Shown here piece by piece: positions 1-10,924 of a DNA stretch of 16,981 nucleotides (position 1 is the stretch's first letter; each line of letters starts with the position of its first letter). The notes under the pieces were generated by a model. That model saw only the letters and a program-made list of their open reading frames with translations, was not told the origin of the DNA and made no database searches. Made by a program: the position numbers and the translations under genes. The stretch spans positions 1-16,981 of the forward strand of contig BAAFSQ010000218.1 in the NCBI GenBank assembly GCA_054661495.1. The letters are read 5' to 3'. Source of the DNA: Zygophlyctis sp. KS116 (Eukaryota > Fungi > Chytridiomycota).

Positions 1-17
1 TCAGTTAAATTATCCAT
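1..17 (-). CDS. Possible start of the next gene (MDNLT...), truncated by the window edge
   Basis: AAAAATG context like other starts, 72 bp after the ENP2 stop, with a CTAGG motif at 69-73. Only 5 codons are visible. Confidence 0.3.
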
Positions 18-89
18 TTTTAGAAAAGTTTTCAAAAGCTTATTTTAACGATTAATTTTAAAGTAGTGCTAGGTCACGGTCAATTGATA

Positions 90-1894
90 CTAGTCCTTGA
101 TTTCATACCACTGTCTCCCGGCAGGTTCATCATCAGAGTCATCATCAGATGAGGAATCAAAGGCTGAAGATGATCCCTCTGCGTCTTCCTTGATAGGTTG
201 AAAAGATGAAAAATCAATCTTTTTAGATTCTGTGGGATGATGAATCTTGTATTCATTGGATGTTTTATCAACCTGGAATTCTTCATCCTTGAATAGATCT
301 GCAAATCTTGAATCTTCAGGGATTGATGAAACAGTTTTCTTATTTGCCAATTTAGATGCAAGCTCTGCATTGATTTTAGGGGCCTTTTTGGATGAGGAAA
401 TCCTAGAAGCACGTTGAGCTTCAATTCTGGATGAAATAATACGTTTTTTGTATTCTTGATAAGCAAATGGATTTGCGATAGCTTTAGCCTAAAGAATAAA
501 ATTAATAAAAATTACTTTTTCATAAAGGCGCAAGTCAATAAAGAATCCATGCATATAAGCTCGAAGAAGATTTGTTCCAATTAAATGAGAAAGTGCTAGA
601 TTTTCAAGTTCTTTTCTAGTAACAAATTTGTAATCATCATAAATAGTCTGGGAAGGATTTTCTTCTAATTCTTCAGTCAGATTATCCAAAAATGGGCACC
701 ATTTAGGGGCTGGTCCTAAGCTTGGAATGTAGTAACTCTGGATTTTTACACCTTCATTGGCAACCATTATTAAGCCAGAATCATCAACTACACAAACATC
801 ATTTATATCATGAGGAGGTTCAATTGAAGTAAATGCTTTACCCTAAGTATTTAATGTTTTATGATTATTTACATCATCCCGATTCCAAATCTTTATGATT
901 TTAGTATCACTAGACATAATTTTTTCTGAAGAATGATAACAAATGTCTTTTATAGGGAATCCATACTGATGATCTTTAATTAAAAGTGGGGTTGGACGTC
1001 TTAAATCATAATTCAAAATGTGTCCAGTTGAAGTCCCAACACTAAAATGCAATCCATCATTGGCAAAAGTTAATGCGGTCACTTCAAAATGAGAATCAAA
1101 AATGCTTGAATCACATGCTCTCATAAGAGCTGATGCAATATCAATTGATCCTACTTTTTCTCGTTTACGAGGATGCCAAAATTCTACTACTCCGTCTGTA
1201 CCACCAAATCCAAAAAGCTGATTTGCTCGATTTATTGACGAGACCTTGAATTAATAAATGATTATATAACATACATTTATGGAAGGCATCCCAGTTTCCA
1301 GAGAATTTAAAAATTTTCCTTGCTCCAGATTCAGTCTCCAAACTTGCGAACTAGCCCCAACAACCATCAGGTCACAGGATGGGGCATGATAGCTTAAGTC
1401 TCTTCCAAATTTAGGCACCCTTGTTTTATAATGCAGTCCATAGTGAGAATGAAATTCAATTGTTCGATCAGCTTGAAGAAGTGCAGTCTTTGTCCAGTCT
1501 TCTGAGAGGATCTTGAGATCAATACTAATTCTTTTACCTCAAAATTCACATTTTCTGCATCGAAATGCCTTTCAAATTTCATTGAAAGTTGAGAAGTTTC
1601 ATAAACCCGAAGTCTTGGCTGATAAACCCCTAATGATAAACATCAACAGACTTACCAGTGGCTAAAATGTACTTTCCGTCCGGACTCATCTTGATCCTGT
1701 TTGAAGCTTCAGGGAATTCAAAATCTTGAACCAGATCAATCCGTTTGGTATAATCTAATCATAAAAGTAGCATGCATACCTTGATCATTTTTCAATGCCC
1801 TTTTTGACTTTTTGGCAACCCAATCGGGAATGGCTGATCTAGATGCACTGGTAACAGAGTAGATTTTAACATTATTGGGATGATAAACTTGCAT
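90..1894 (-). CDS. ENP2: Ribosome biogenesis WD40 protein Enp2/NOL10, ~546 aa, 7 exons (introns 1755-1779, 1630-1655, 1512-1537, 1245-1274, 843-872, 489-515)
   Basis: Spliced translation runs MQVYHPNNVKIYSVT...RIDLVQDFEFPEAS...ATGVYQPRLRVYE...LSMKFERHFD...YYIPSLGPAPKWCPFLDNLTEELEE...YDDYKFVT...LLRAYMHGFFIDLRLYEKAKAIANPFAY...DSRFADLFKDEEFQVD (NUC153). The spliced length of 1641 nt is in frame. Confidence 0.95.
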
Positions 1895-1914
1895 TAAAAA
1901 AATTAAAGGAAAAT

Positions 1915-3063
1915 TTATTCGTCAGTCTTTGTCTTTTTCATTTCAACATCTTCATCAACATCCATTTTTCTCTTTTTCTCCACAGATTCATCATCAACAG
2001 CCTTTTTAACTAACATGGAAACATCATTCACAACTGCAGGTCCAGCCTCATCTTGTGCGATTTCAGCCGCAATTTCAGCAGCATCTTCCTTTTCTTGATT
2101 TTCCAAGGCAGACTTTAGTTCTTCAACCTAGAGTTAAGCATTGAAAAAGCACCTTTGACTCCATATCCGGGAAAAGGGCTTCAATCTCTTTCATTTCTTT
2201 TTCAACTTCTTCAGTAATGGGCAAGGACTTTAATTGATCCATCTTCTTTTTTAAAATGTCAATAGTTGAATTAACTTCCTTTAGAGCTTCTTCTGGGGCT
2301 TCAGAATATTCTAAAGCCAAGGCAAATTTATAATGAGCCTCGGCTAATTCACGATGAGATTCTTCAAGAATTTTTTCCTTGATAACAATAACTTGCTTAA
2401 AATCTTGTACCGCTTGATCAAAGTTTTCTAATTTGTTAGACTTTTAAAACTACCTGATTCTAATGAGGTATCTCCCAATGCCAAATACACATCTGCCAAC
2501 TTCAATTTATCTGTTTCAGACTCCATTTTAGAAAAAATTATTCTAGCCAAATCTAACGACTCCCAAGCCAGCTCCAAATCATCTGTATCATCACCCAAAT
2601 CTACATCGGCCAAGGGGGTTCCTTCATCGTCGTCATCCTCCATTTTTTCTTTTCCCTTACTAGATTCTCCCTCCTGCTTCTCAACTGCCTTGACTAATCC
2701 TTCTCCTCCAAGAGCATTCTTAGCTACTGCATTAGCCAATAATGCTTTTCCATAAAGGAAAAGAGACTCTGCGCATTCTGGAGCAGTTTGTCCATATTTC
2801 AAAGAGAGTGCTTCAGTTGCCATTGCAAACTTCTCGACTGCACCTTCATAATTTCCAGTTGCGTAAAATTGTGTTCCCTGAGACAGATACTCAGGCACAT
2901 TTTCTACAGAAATTTCATCTTCGGCTTCCTCTTCTTCTTCAGTTGCATCTACTGCTTCAACTTCCTCAGGCGCCTCAACTGCGGCCTTGAGCACTTCTTT
3001 GGCAGCTTCTTTTCCTTCTAGGACAGGTTCAGTAGCAGCAACGATTATCTCTTCTGAAGTCAT
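1915..3063 (-). CDS. NASP: NASP/Hif1/Sim3-family SHNi-TPR histone chaperone, ~365 aa (introns 2428-2453, 2128-2152)
   Basis: TPR motifs interrupted by an acidic insert: YGQTAPECAESLFLYGKALL, DDLELAWESLDLARIIF, LADVYLALGDTSLESENFDQAVQDF, HRELAEAHYKFALALEY. The C-terminus has VNDVSMLVKK and a basic NLS-like KKRK. Confidence 0.92.
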
Positions 3064-3131
3064 ATTTTCTTAAACTTTTAATAAAAACCTAAAGATTTTC
3101 CGCTTTTATGATTAAAAGAATTAATTTCCGA

Positions 3132-6106
3132 TCAAGGCTGAATCCCCAGCATACGTCTAAAATCATCTTGAGACTTGGAATCAACTTGCATTGATGAAGA
3201 TTGCGATGATATAACTCCAATCTTTGCCTTGGGTTTGGATTTGAGAGTTGCACGGGGTAGAAAAAGTGATTTGTCACGGTCCTGGTATTTTTCCAACTTT
3301 TTTCGTGCTCTTAAATTCGGATCAGCTATAGATACTATGATAGTTCGGCCATCTACTACAGTTCCGTTTAGTGATAATGCCTTTTTGGAGGATTCACTAG
3401 TTTCAAAAGTAACAAATGCGGTTCCAGTAGATCGTCCATTGGGAGATTTAACAATCCTTATCTGATTGATAGGTCCAAATTGAATGAAGATAGTAGAAAC
3501 ATCTTCTTCTCCTGCCATGCTTAAAGGTAAATTTGATATATATAATTCACGATCGTCTATTTTCTTGACTCTAACAGTTATCTAAAATTGTTTACGCTTG
3601 TTTAGCAGGGTTAGAAATAGCTACAGATATTTTTCGAGGTGGTTCAAGCATTTTTTGATCCATTTCCAAACTCTTCAAGGATGAATTCTAATAATTATTA
3701 TTGTTGGAAAACCTTGTTTTCAAATTCAATATACGCAAAAGCTGTAGTCTTTCGATTGATTAAGCGGATTTCTTTAATTTTTCCATACTAATATTAGTTT
3801 TTAAAGGAAATTATTACGATGGAGAATGCTTCTCGAAGAGTTTTTTTATCCATATTTGTAGACAAATTACTGATATATATCTTTTCATCTTCTTGTTTGG
3901 CTTTGAAATTCCATACTCGCTGGCTAGGACGGCAGCGAAATATTTCTATAGGAGATCCTTGTAATTCTTTAGGACCATTTGATACAGCTGATCTAACCTG
4001 ATCAGCGTTTTCAAACTCTAGTAATATTTCTAATTCTCCACTCTCGGAAGGTTGTAAAAGCACATCAACAATTTTTCCTAATATTTTAAAAATTAGAAAT
4101 CAAACCAAACTAAAAAATTAATCGTTTTGATCTACCTTTTCAAATTCTTTTCGAATCACATTTTCATCTACTCTAGAATTCACTAGTGGTATAAATAGCA
4201 TATTTCCAGCCATCAGACTAATCTTAATAATATTAAAATTTACTTTTCAATTATGTGATAATTAACGGTCTCAATCTTTTTATGTTCCTCTTGAGGCTCT
4301 ATCTGCATGGAGTCACGATCATCTTTATTGCGTTTTTTAGGTGGACTAGCCTCAGTTTCCAAACCCCGTTTCGTAGATTCACGCTTAAGACTTAAATAAG
4401 CCTAAAGTTACCTCTTCTGTTTCTTGTGGAGAAACATATACTTTTGCTGATACTGCTAACCGTGAAACCATTCGATCATATGCGGCATAGTAATTATCAA
4501 AGTCATTCATTCTAAATATTAATATTTTCCTCAAAATTACCCCAATTCGTATTTCAAAAGACCTTTCTGGACCAGCTCTATAGTATCCATGTTTTTAACC
4601 TGTAGAGCCCTTTTATAAAGCGCCCGTATCTTTAGACTAGTTTTCCCTTCTACTCTATAGACTTATTACTTAAACACTAACCTTTTTTCAAAATCAATGT
4701 AGTTCAACCAAACTCTTGCTATTTTACCAGCCCTTTTGACTGACGTTTCCAAAACAGATCTTGCCATATCTAAATCATCCCTGTCTTCAAACTGACTTTA
4801 AGAGCAAACTATAAGTTACATGAAAAGAAGCCAGTCTTTGCAAAAATGCGCATCCAGGATCCTTAATTTTTACTAGTATAAGCTATTAGAAATTATACAA
4901 TTTTCAAGCAGTTCGAGGGCTCTATTATAAGCAGCCAAATGATCTTCGAGAGTAGAAATTTCTTTCTCTAAGGAATTTAAAAGCTAAAATAGTACTTCTC
5001 CTTGAATAAAACAAATCTACATAATTTAAAAAAACATCCAAGGCATTTTCAGATGCTCCACTCATTGGAACTGCTCTTTCAAATTCTTCTGTCGAATAAA
5101 AAACCATTAAATTACCATTAAACGTTTCTGTACTGCATTTAAATATTGTCTAAAGTTAGTGATATTAAAACATACAAGAGCAATCATGTAATGAATCCAA
5201 ATTTTTGGTTCCCAATAACAATGTTTAATTGCCCTTTTGATCACTGACATTATAACATTTTCGACTCGCAAAGAGGATAACTAGAATCAAAAAAGGAAAA
5301 TCTTACCAAGAATGAAATATATGAATCCCAGATTGAAACATCTACCGGATAATAACATATCGCACGTTCAAAAAGCGATTTTATCGAAAAAATATGAGTC
5401 TGTTTTTGTTTTTTTTCAAATTCTGTATACTTGAAAAAGTCTATTAAGCTAAAATTATTATCAATCTGTTTTTTAAAAAAGAAAAAAATACCAATTTTTG
5501 CTCATTGAAATCTCTCTTTTTATATTCCTTTTGAAGTTTAAATACCAAGGAATTAAACTTTTTCATATAATCCTCATAGCCCACCCCAACTTTAGACTCG
5601 AAGCCAGAGTATAAAATCAATAGACTATCAAAAGACACGTCAGACATCAACATTTCAGCTCTCTTATAGAACATTGATCGCACTCTTTCTACATCTTTTG
5701 TATCTAATTGTTCTACTTCATAACCAAAGACCTTTTCCCAAATTCTAAATCCATCTGTAAAATGCCAACCAATGGCAGAGGTGGAGCCATGTAAAATACT
5801 CAACATTTCCTCTTTTGGTAATTGTTGATCTAATACAAAATCCAAATAACCTTCCCAAAGATCAATATCAGAAACCTCAGATATTGCCCTTTGGTACAAT
5901 TGCATTATAAAAATCGTATCCAAAGGACTCAAGGCGATTTCATCCCTGATCCATTCTGTCCATTGCTGGGCGGTAAATGGAAAAATTGAATTTGCAAAAT
6001 TCCTACAATCTCTCGCCTTTACAAAATCGCCTGAATCCCTACATTCTTGGATCAGTTTAAAATGTAATTCATAGTCATACGGACTCTGTAAAACTGCTTC
6101 CTGCAT
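3132..6106 (-). CDS. PRP24: U4/U6 snRNP recycling factor Prp24/SART3 (HAT repeats, 3 RRMs, Lsm-interaction motif), ~847 aa, 17 exons. Introns: 5466-5491, 5281-5306, 5150-5175, 5089-5115, 4968-4995, 4873-4898, 4792-4819, 4655-4681, 4512-4540, 4384-4411, 4218-4243, 4110-4135, 4078-4105, 3788-3817, 3688-3712, 3571-3595
   Basis: N-terminal SPYDYELH..LI and WTEWIRDE, HAT repeats (SLFERAI..YP..IWDSYI; VWLNYIDFE), RRMs (KIYISNL...AFAYIEF; LYISNLP...GTAFVTF), and C-terminal KSQDDFRRMLG matching the SNxDFRxM Lsm-binding tail. The spliced length of 2544 nt is in frame. Confidence 0.9.
4106..4109 (-). other. PRP24: 4-nt micro-exon (TTTG) of PRP24
   Basis: Minus strand reads AAG|GTAGATC...TTTTAG|TTTG|GTTTGAT...ATATTAG|GAAAA. 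Including it gives the RRM signature KEFEK-FG-KIVDV; removing all 58 nt as one intron causes a frameshift. Confidence 0.8.
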
Positions 6107-6193
6107 ATCACTTATCACTTAAGAATGTGAAGCCTAGGTTTGGGATAAAAAATTACTATAAAATTTTTCTTGCTCTTATCAGTTGCTGCAAAG
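6107..6193. promoter_or_regulatory. Bidirectional promoter region PRP24/SET with palindromic CCTAGG(TTT) at 6133-6141
   Basis: 87 bp between divergent ATGs; motif shared with other 5' spacers. Confidence 0.55.
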
Positions 6194-7675
6194 ATGATGC
6201 AACAATTGCTGGAAAATAAAGATTTTGAGTCTCTTTTAGAATTTTCTCAACAGCAAGATGGAACTAGGTTGGTAATATCTAAACAGACAATCAAAAAGGG
6301 CGATTCAATCCTTAAAATTCCAAAATATTTACAACTTTCTAGTGATTTTGACTATGATTTTCTAGAATCTGAAAAATCTACTCTCTCAAATGATGAAAAG
6401 TATCAGTATGGAATATCAACATTCAAGCTGATGATTAATGTTTTAGAAATACTGAATTCAGAGTCTGAAACTGAAAAGAAATACTATATAAAATCTTTAC
6501 CAAAAGCATTTAATCTTCCAATAGAATGGGAACAAGGAAAACTTGACTTAATTCAGGGAACTGATTTATACAAGATCACATTAGAAAAGAAAAAGTGGCT
6601 AAGAGATGCTACAGAAATAGCAGCCAGGTTAAAAAATGATTGTACTTGGATAACGTCTGAAAATATGATATGGGCTTACTCGATAATTTCTAGTAGATCT
6701 TTTCCAAAAGGTCCTGGAGAAGTTTGTCTATGGCCGATTCTAGACTATCTGGATCATGACGCAAAGTCTAAAATAGAATGGGTAATTACAGACTTTGAAA
6801 TAAGATTTGTGGCGATGGAAGACATTCAAAAGGGTGTTGTTGTTTATAATAACTATGGGCCAAAAGGAAATGAAAATTTATTAAATAACTATGGTTTTGT
6901 AATCAAAGATAACCCTTATGATTATGTTAAAATTACATTAAATTCGGGAAATGATCCTTTGTACAAGGAAAAAAAAGAGTTTCTAGAAACAGGAAATTTT
7001 AAAGATAGTTGGTTATTGTTTTTGGAAGATGGTGGATTTCCTGATGGAATGATTAGACAATGTAGAATTTTATTATGTAATGATTTTGAATGGGCGAGAC
7101 TGGATAAAAATTTGGTTGAAAACATTCAAGAAATTTCTATAAGGAACGAGGTCGCTACTTTTCAGTCAATGATTCAGTTGTTTGGTTCAAAATTAGAACC
7201 TTATTTGGAGTCTCTGCAGAAGATGACAGCTTCAGAAAATCACATTGATTTATTGATTTACACTGAAAGTCATGCAAGAATTTTAAAGCATCACCTTCAG
7301 TTATGTGAACATCACTTAAACTCTGTAATAACTTTTGCAGAATTCTTTTGTCTTGATTCTTTGGATTTGGATCAAATTTTTTTAAATTTTTGTCAATCAA
7401 TTGAAGAGATGGACGAGGATACAATATTATGCCTTGCATTGATTCACGAAAAAGAAAGAAATTCAATATTTTCTACAAGATTATCAAATTTGAAATTTGT
7501 GATATTTAACGATGAAGAAGAAGAGGACCACTTTTTGAACTTGGTTCTACCGCATTTTGCATTTTCTGATTATATTAATTTAGAAGGCTTAAAATGGGCA
7601 TCTGCAATCTTATCCATACATGGAGGATATGCTCTCGATGGGAGTTTTGGCGTATGGTTGCCACATTCGCCCTAG
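6194..7675 (+). CDS. SET-domain protein lysine/histidine methyltransferase (SETD3/Efm1/Rkm/Rubisco-LSMT-like), ~493 aa, apparently intronless
   Basis: Single long ORF with first ATG at 6194. SET motifs: YIKSLP...LPIEW, WAYSIISSRSFP, LWPILDYLDHD, VYNNYGPKGNENLLNNYGFV, followed by an LSMT substrate-binding-like helical region. Confidence 0.9.
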   Translation: MMQQLLENKDFESLLEFSQQQDGTRLVISKQTIKKGDSILKIPKYLQLSSDFDYDFLESEKSTLSNDEKYQYGISTFKLMINVLEILNSESETEKKYYIKSLPKAFNLPIEWEQGKLDLIQGTDLYKITLEKKKWLRDATEIAARLKNDCTWITSENMIWAYSIISSRSFPKGPGEVCLWPILDYLDHDAKSKIEWVITDFEIRFVAMEDIQKGVVVYNNYGPKGNENLLNNYGFVIKDNPYDYVKITLNSGNDPLYKEKKEFLETGNFKDSWLLFLEDGGFPDGMIRQCRILLCNDFEWARLDKNLVENIQEISIRNEVATFQSMIQLFGSKLEPYLESLQKMTASENHIDLLIYTESHARILKHHLQLCEHHLNSVITFAEFFCLDSLDLDQIFLNFCQSIEEMDEDTILCLALIHEKERNSIFSTRLSNLKFVIFNDEEEEDHFLNLVLPHFAFSDYINLEGLKWASAILSIHGGYALDGSFGVWLPHSP

Positions 7676-7695
7676 TTGTTTGTCTCATAATAGAA

Positions 7696-8582
7696 ATGTT
7701 TGATAGTAATAACCTTATTTATGCCTCTGTTTCCGCTTTAGTAGCCCGTCTGATTTGCCATCCTCTGGATACGCTAAAGACGCAAATCCAAGGCGGAACG
7801 GCTTCTAAAGGATTGATTCATGGGTTCAATTCAATAAAGAAGCAAGGCTTGAGATCATTTTACAAAGGATTGCCTGTATCGATGATATATTAAAATTAGG
7901 TTGCATTAATCTTTAGTATTCCCGGTTTGTCAACTTACTTGTTCCTGTACGATACTTCAAAGGAAAGACTTGAAAGGCAGTGGGGCTCAGAAAATTCAGT
8001 TACAGTTCATGCACTCTCTGGTGCTATCGCAGAATGTGTTAGTGCTTTGTTTTGGACTCCAATGTAACAATTTAATTGGTTTAAATTCAGGGAGGTGATC
8101 AAAAGCAGACAACAATTTGAGAATCTTGGCTTTAAAAAGGTTTTGCAAAATCTATATAGAAAAGATGGAATAAGAGGATTTGGGAGAGGCTATCTTCTTA
8201 GCGTGGGAGTTTTCGTACCTTATACCGTATTCGTGAATATCTAATTTAATAGGTTGCGTATTTTGTTTGTTACGAAAAGATGAAGATCTTTGCTTCACAG
8301 AGAATACAAGGTGATGGTGATCTTTCTCTTGGATTGTACCTGGCTTGTTCCTGTTTATCAGGTGCAGTTGCTGCAAGCGTATCAAATGTTTTAGATGTAT
8401 TGAAAACTAGAGTTCAGATAACCGAGGAAAGACCACTGTTTCTGATTAAGGAAATGGTATGTAGAGATGGATTTCGGTCTTTCACAAAAGGAATTTGTGC
8501 TAGAGTACTATGGATTGCTCCTTCAGTAACTATAAGTATGACAACATACGAATTGTTCAAACAAAATGGATTTACTTTTTAA
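7696..8582 (+). CDS. Mitochondrial carrier family (SLC25) protein, ~269 aa (introns 7876-7899, 8064-8090, 8227-8252); substrate not assignable
   Basis: Three Px[DE]xx[KR]x[RK]xQ-type repeats (HPLDTLKTQIQ, TPMEVIKSRQQ, NVLDVLKTRVQ), each followed by a [DQ]GxxxFx[KR]G motif. Confidence 0.93.
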
Positions 8583-10132
8583 AATTTGCTAAAGCTGTTT
8601 TAAATGTATCTAAGCATTTGTCTCTGGCCATTTTATGATCTACTAATGGTTTTGGATACCCTAATTTGGCAAATTCACTTTTCGATAAAGTTTGAAATGG
8701 ATCATAAACGGCCTTTCCTTTAAGAGAAGAGAGTTCTGGGACAAACTTTTTCACAAATCGGCCTTCTTTATCAAATCTTTCAGACTGTAAAATTGGGCTG
8801 AAAATCCTAAAATAAGGCTGTGAATCTGTTCCAGTAGAACTTTGTTGTTATGAATGATAATCATACCTTGCCCATTGCCATCCTCCATTATTTGAGGCAA
8901 AATCCCCATCTATTAAATTCTGCATAAAGTATTTTTCTCCTAATCTCCAATCAATTAGGAGATGCTTTGTTAAAAACATTGCTACGATCATTCTGAGTCT
9001 ATTATGCATCCAACCAGTCTCATTTAACTGACGCATGCCTGCATCAACAATTGGATATCCTGTTTTTCCTTGACACCATTTTTGGAATAGATCCTCATCA
9101 TATGACCATGGTATTGAGTCGGTATCTGCTTTAAATGCCTTGTTTTTACATACTCTAGGGTGAGCCACTAAAATATGGCGATAAAAATCACGCCAAATCA
9201 ATTCACTAATCCACGTCCTATTTGATTAATAATGAAACTTACACAAGCCCAGAATTCCCAGAATCTAAACTTGCATTATTTGCCTTTCTTGCCTCTGCGA
9301 CACATGTTCTAGATGATAAAACACCGATGGCCAGATAAGGTGAGAGTCTTGAAGTCCCGTCATTTGAAGGAATATTTCGTCCTGTACTATAATCACTTCC
9401 CCTAGAGGCCAAAAAGCCTAACAATCTTTTCGATGCTTCCTCTTCCCCTGCAGGCCATTCTTTACTTAAAGGAATTGAAAGTTTCTTTGTTATAAAACCT
9501 AGCTCCTCTACATTTGATGGAATTTTAGATTCTTGACTCAGAGTCCAAATAAAGCCCTCGATATCTTGTATCTCCTGTTTTTTAGGAGGAGGATAAAGAT
9601 CCAAAATTGAACCTTGCTTCTGAATCGCTAAAATCCAAGCTTTTTTAAAAGGCGTAAAAACTGAATACGACTTTCCTTCCTTTGATAAAACATTTCCTGG
9701 TCTTTGAACACATTGATCATGAAATCCAAAAGCCTTTATCCCATGTTCTTTCAGTAAAGTTGATGTTTTTTCATCTCTTTTCCCTTCATCAATTTCATAC
9801 TCTATATTCCAAAAAACAGATGTAGCAGAAATCTCCAATGCTAAATCTTTTACTCTATTAGCCACATTTCTAGAATTTTCTTCTGTTATAATGAGTAGCG
9901 GAATCCCCAAATCTTTACATTTAGATTTAAGAATCCTTAAATTAAAAAGTAAAAATTCCAATTTAACAGGCGCCCAGTCATGGCTTTTATACTCTTGTGG
10001 GGAAAACACATAGAGACCAACTATTGGCACATTTGTAAATGAAGCCCTATATAATGCATGTGAGTCATTTAACCGCAGATCAGACCGAAACCAAAAGAGC
10101 GTCGTCTCACTTACCTTTCGCTTAAGTGACAT
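8572..10132 (-). CDS. PHR1: Class I CPD DNA photolyase, ~502 aa (introns 9218-9242, 8840-8866)
   Basis: [104 protein letters not shown]. Confidence 0.95.
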
Positions 10133-10180
10133 TTAACTTTAGGTTTTATGGCTCCGAGTCTAGGTTAAACTTGTCAAAAA
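10133..10180. promoter_or_regulatory. Bidirectional promoter region PHR1/RING with TTTAGGTTT (10138) and TCTAGGTT (10159)
   Basis: Only 48 bp between divergent ATGs; two motif copies. Confidence 0.55.
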
Positions 10181-10846
10181 ATGTCAAATTCAGAAGAAGA
10201 ATCTTATCACTTGACAGTGACTTTTATATTAGGCCCGCCTCTATCTTCAATGAATACAAGGCCTCCACCAACAAATTATACGCAAAGAAATTTGAGACCT
10301 TTGCGACACAGGCAGGTTCCTTCTCAGCCCATTGTAGAATCAATTGGAAGGCTGGCCCCTTTCTTCCTTTTGAACCTATTCTTTAGTGGTTTAGAAGATG
10401 TTAGTCTCCAAGGACAACCTAGAGCCTCTGAAGCATCTATATCTGCTCTTGAAATTCTTTCTACAATTTCTGAAAAAAGATGGTCTAAACATAAATGTTG
10501 TGCTATTTGTCAAGAAGATTTTCCAAAAGAAATTCAAACTTGTTCAGACTCTGATGAAGAAGAAAATTGTACAAAAATTGTTAGACTTCCATGTCATCAT
10601 CTCTTTCATAGAAAATGTATAGTCAAATGGTTAAAGATGAGCTGTACTTGCCCTTCTTGCCGCTATGAATTACTTACAGAAAATGATGAATACAATATTG
10701 GAGTTCGTGAAAGAATGGCAAGAAGGGATTTAGAAATTGGATCTGACACTGATGCTGAAGATGATAAAGTTGAAGAATCTTCAAAAAAGAGAAAGATAGA
10801 TATAGACTCTGAATTTTTGGATGGTAAAAAGCAAAGATTAGATTGA
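10181..10846 (+). CDS. RING-H2 E3 ubiquitin ligase (RNF126/RNF181-like), 221 aa
   Basis: C3H2C3 pattern CAIC...LPCHHLFHRKCIVKWLKMSCTCPSCRYEL, preceded by PRASEASISALE (the typical PPASxxAIxxL motif). The tail is basic and NLS-like. Confidence 0.9.
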   Translation: MSNSEEESYHLTVTFILGPPLSSMNTRPPPTNYTQRNLRPLRHRQVPSQPIVESIGRLAPFFLLNLFFSGLEDVSLQGQPRASEASISALEILSTISEKRWSKHKCCAICQEDFPKEIQTCSDSDEEENCTKIVRLPCHHLFHRKCIVKWLKMSCTCPSCRYELLTENDEYNIGVRERMARRDLEIGSDTDAEDDKVEESSKKRKIDIDSEFLDGKKQRLD

Positions 10847-10924
10847 GTTTTTTTGAATAATTGCATTATTTTTGAATGGTTTTTCTATACGTCATTTCAG
10901 AATTCGGCAATTTTATAATGTTGG

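Noticed and set aside
68-108. Possible extra 19- or 22-nt intron extending the ENP2 C-terminus
   Set aside because: Both are below the observed size range and give only short, unconvincing extensions; stop at 90 retained.
2742-3465. Plus-strand ORFs 2742-2990, 2788-3021 and 3175-3465, and other antisense or alternate-frame ORFs in the track
   Set aside because: Shadows of real genes with no recognisable motifs.
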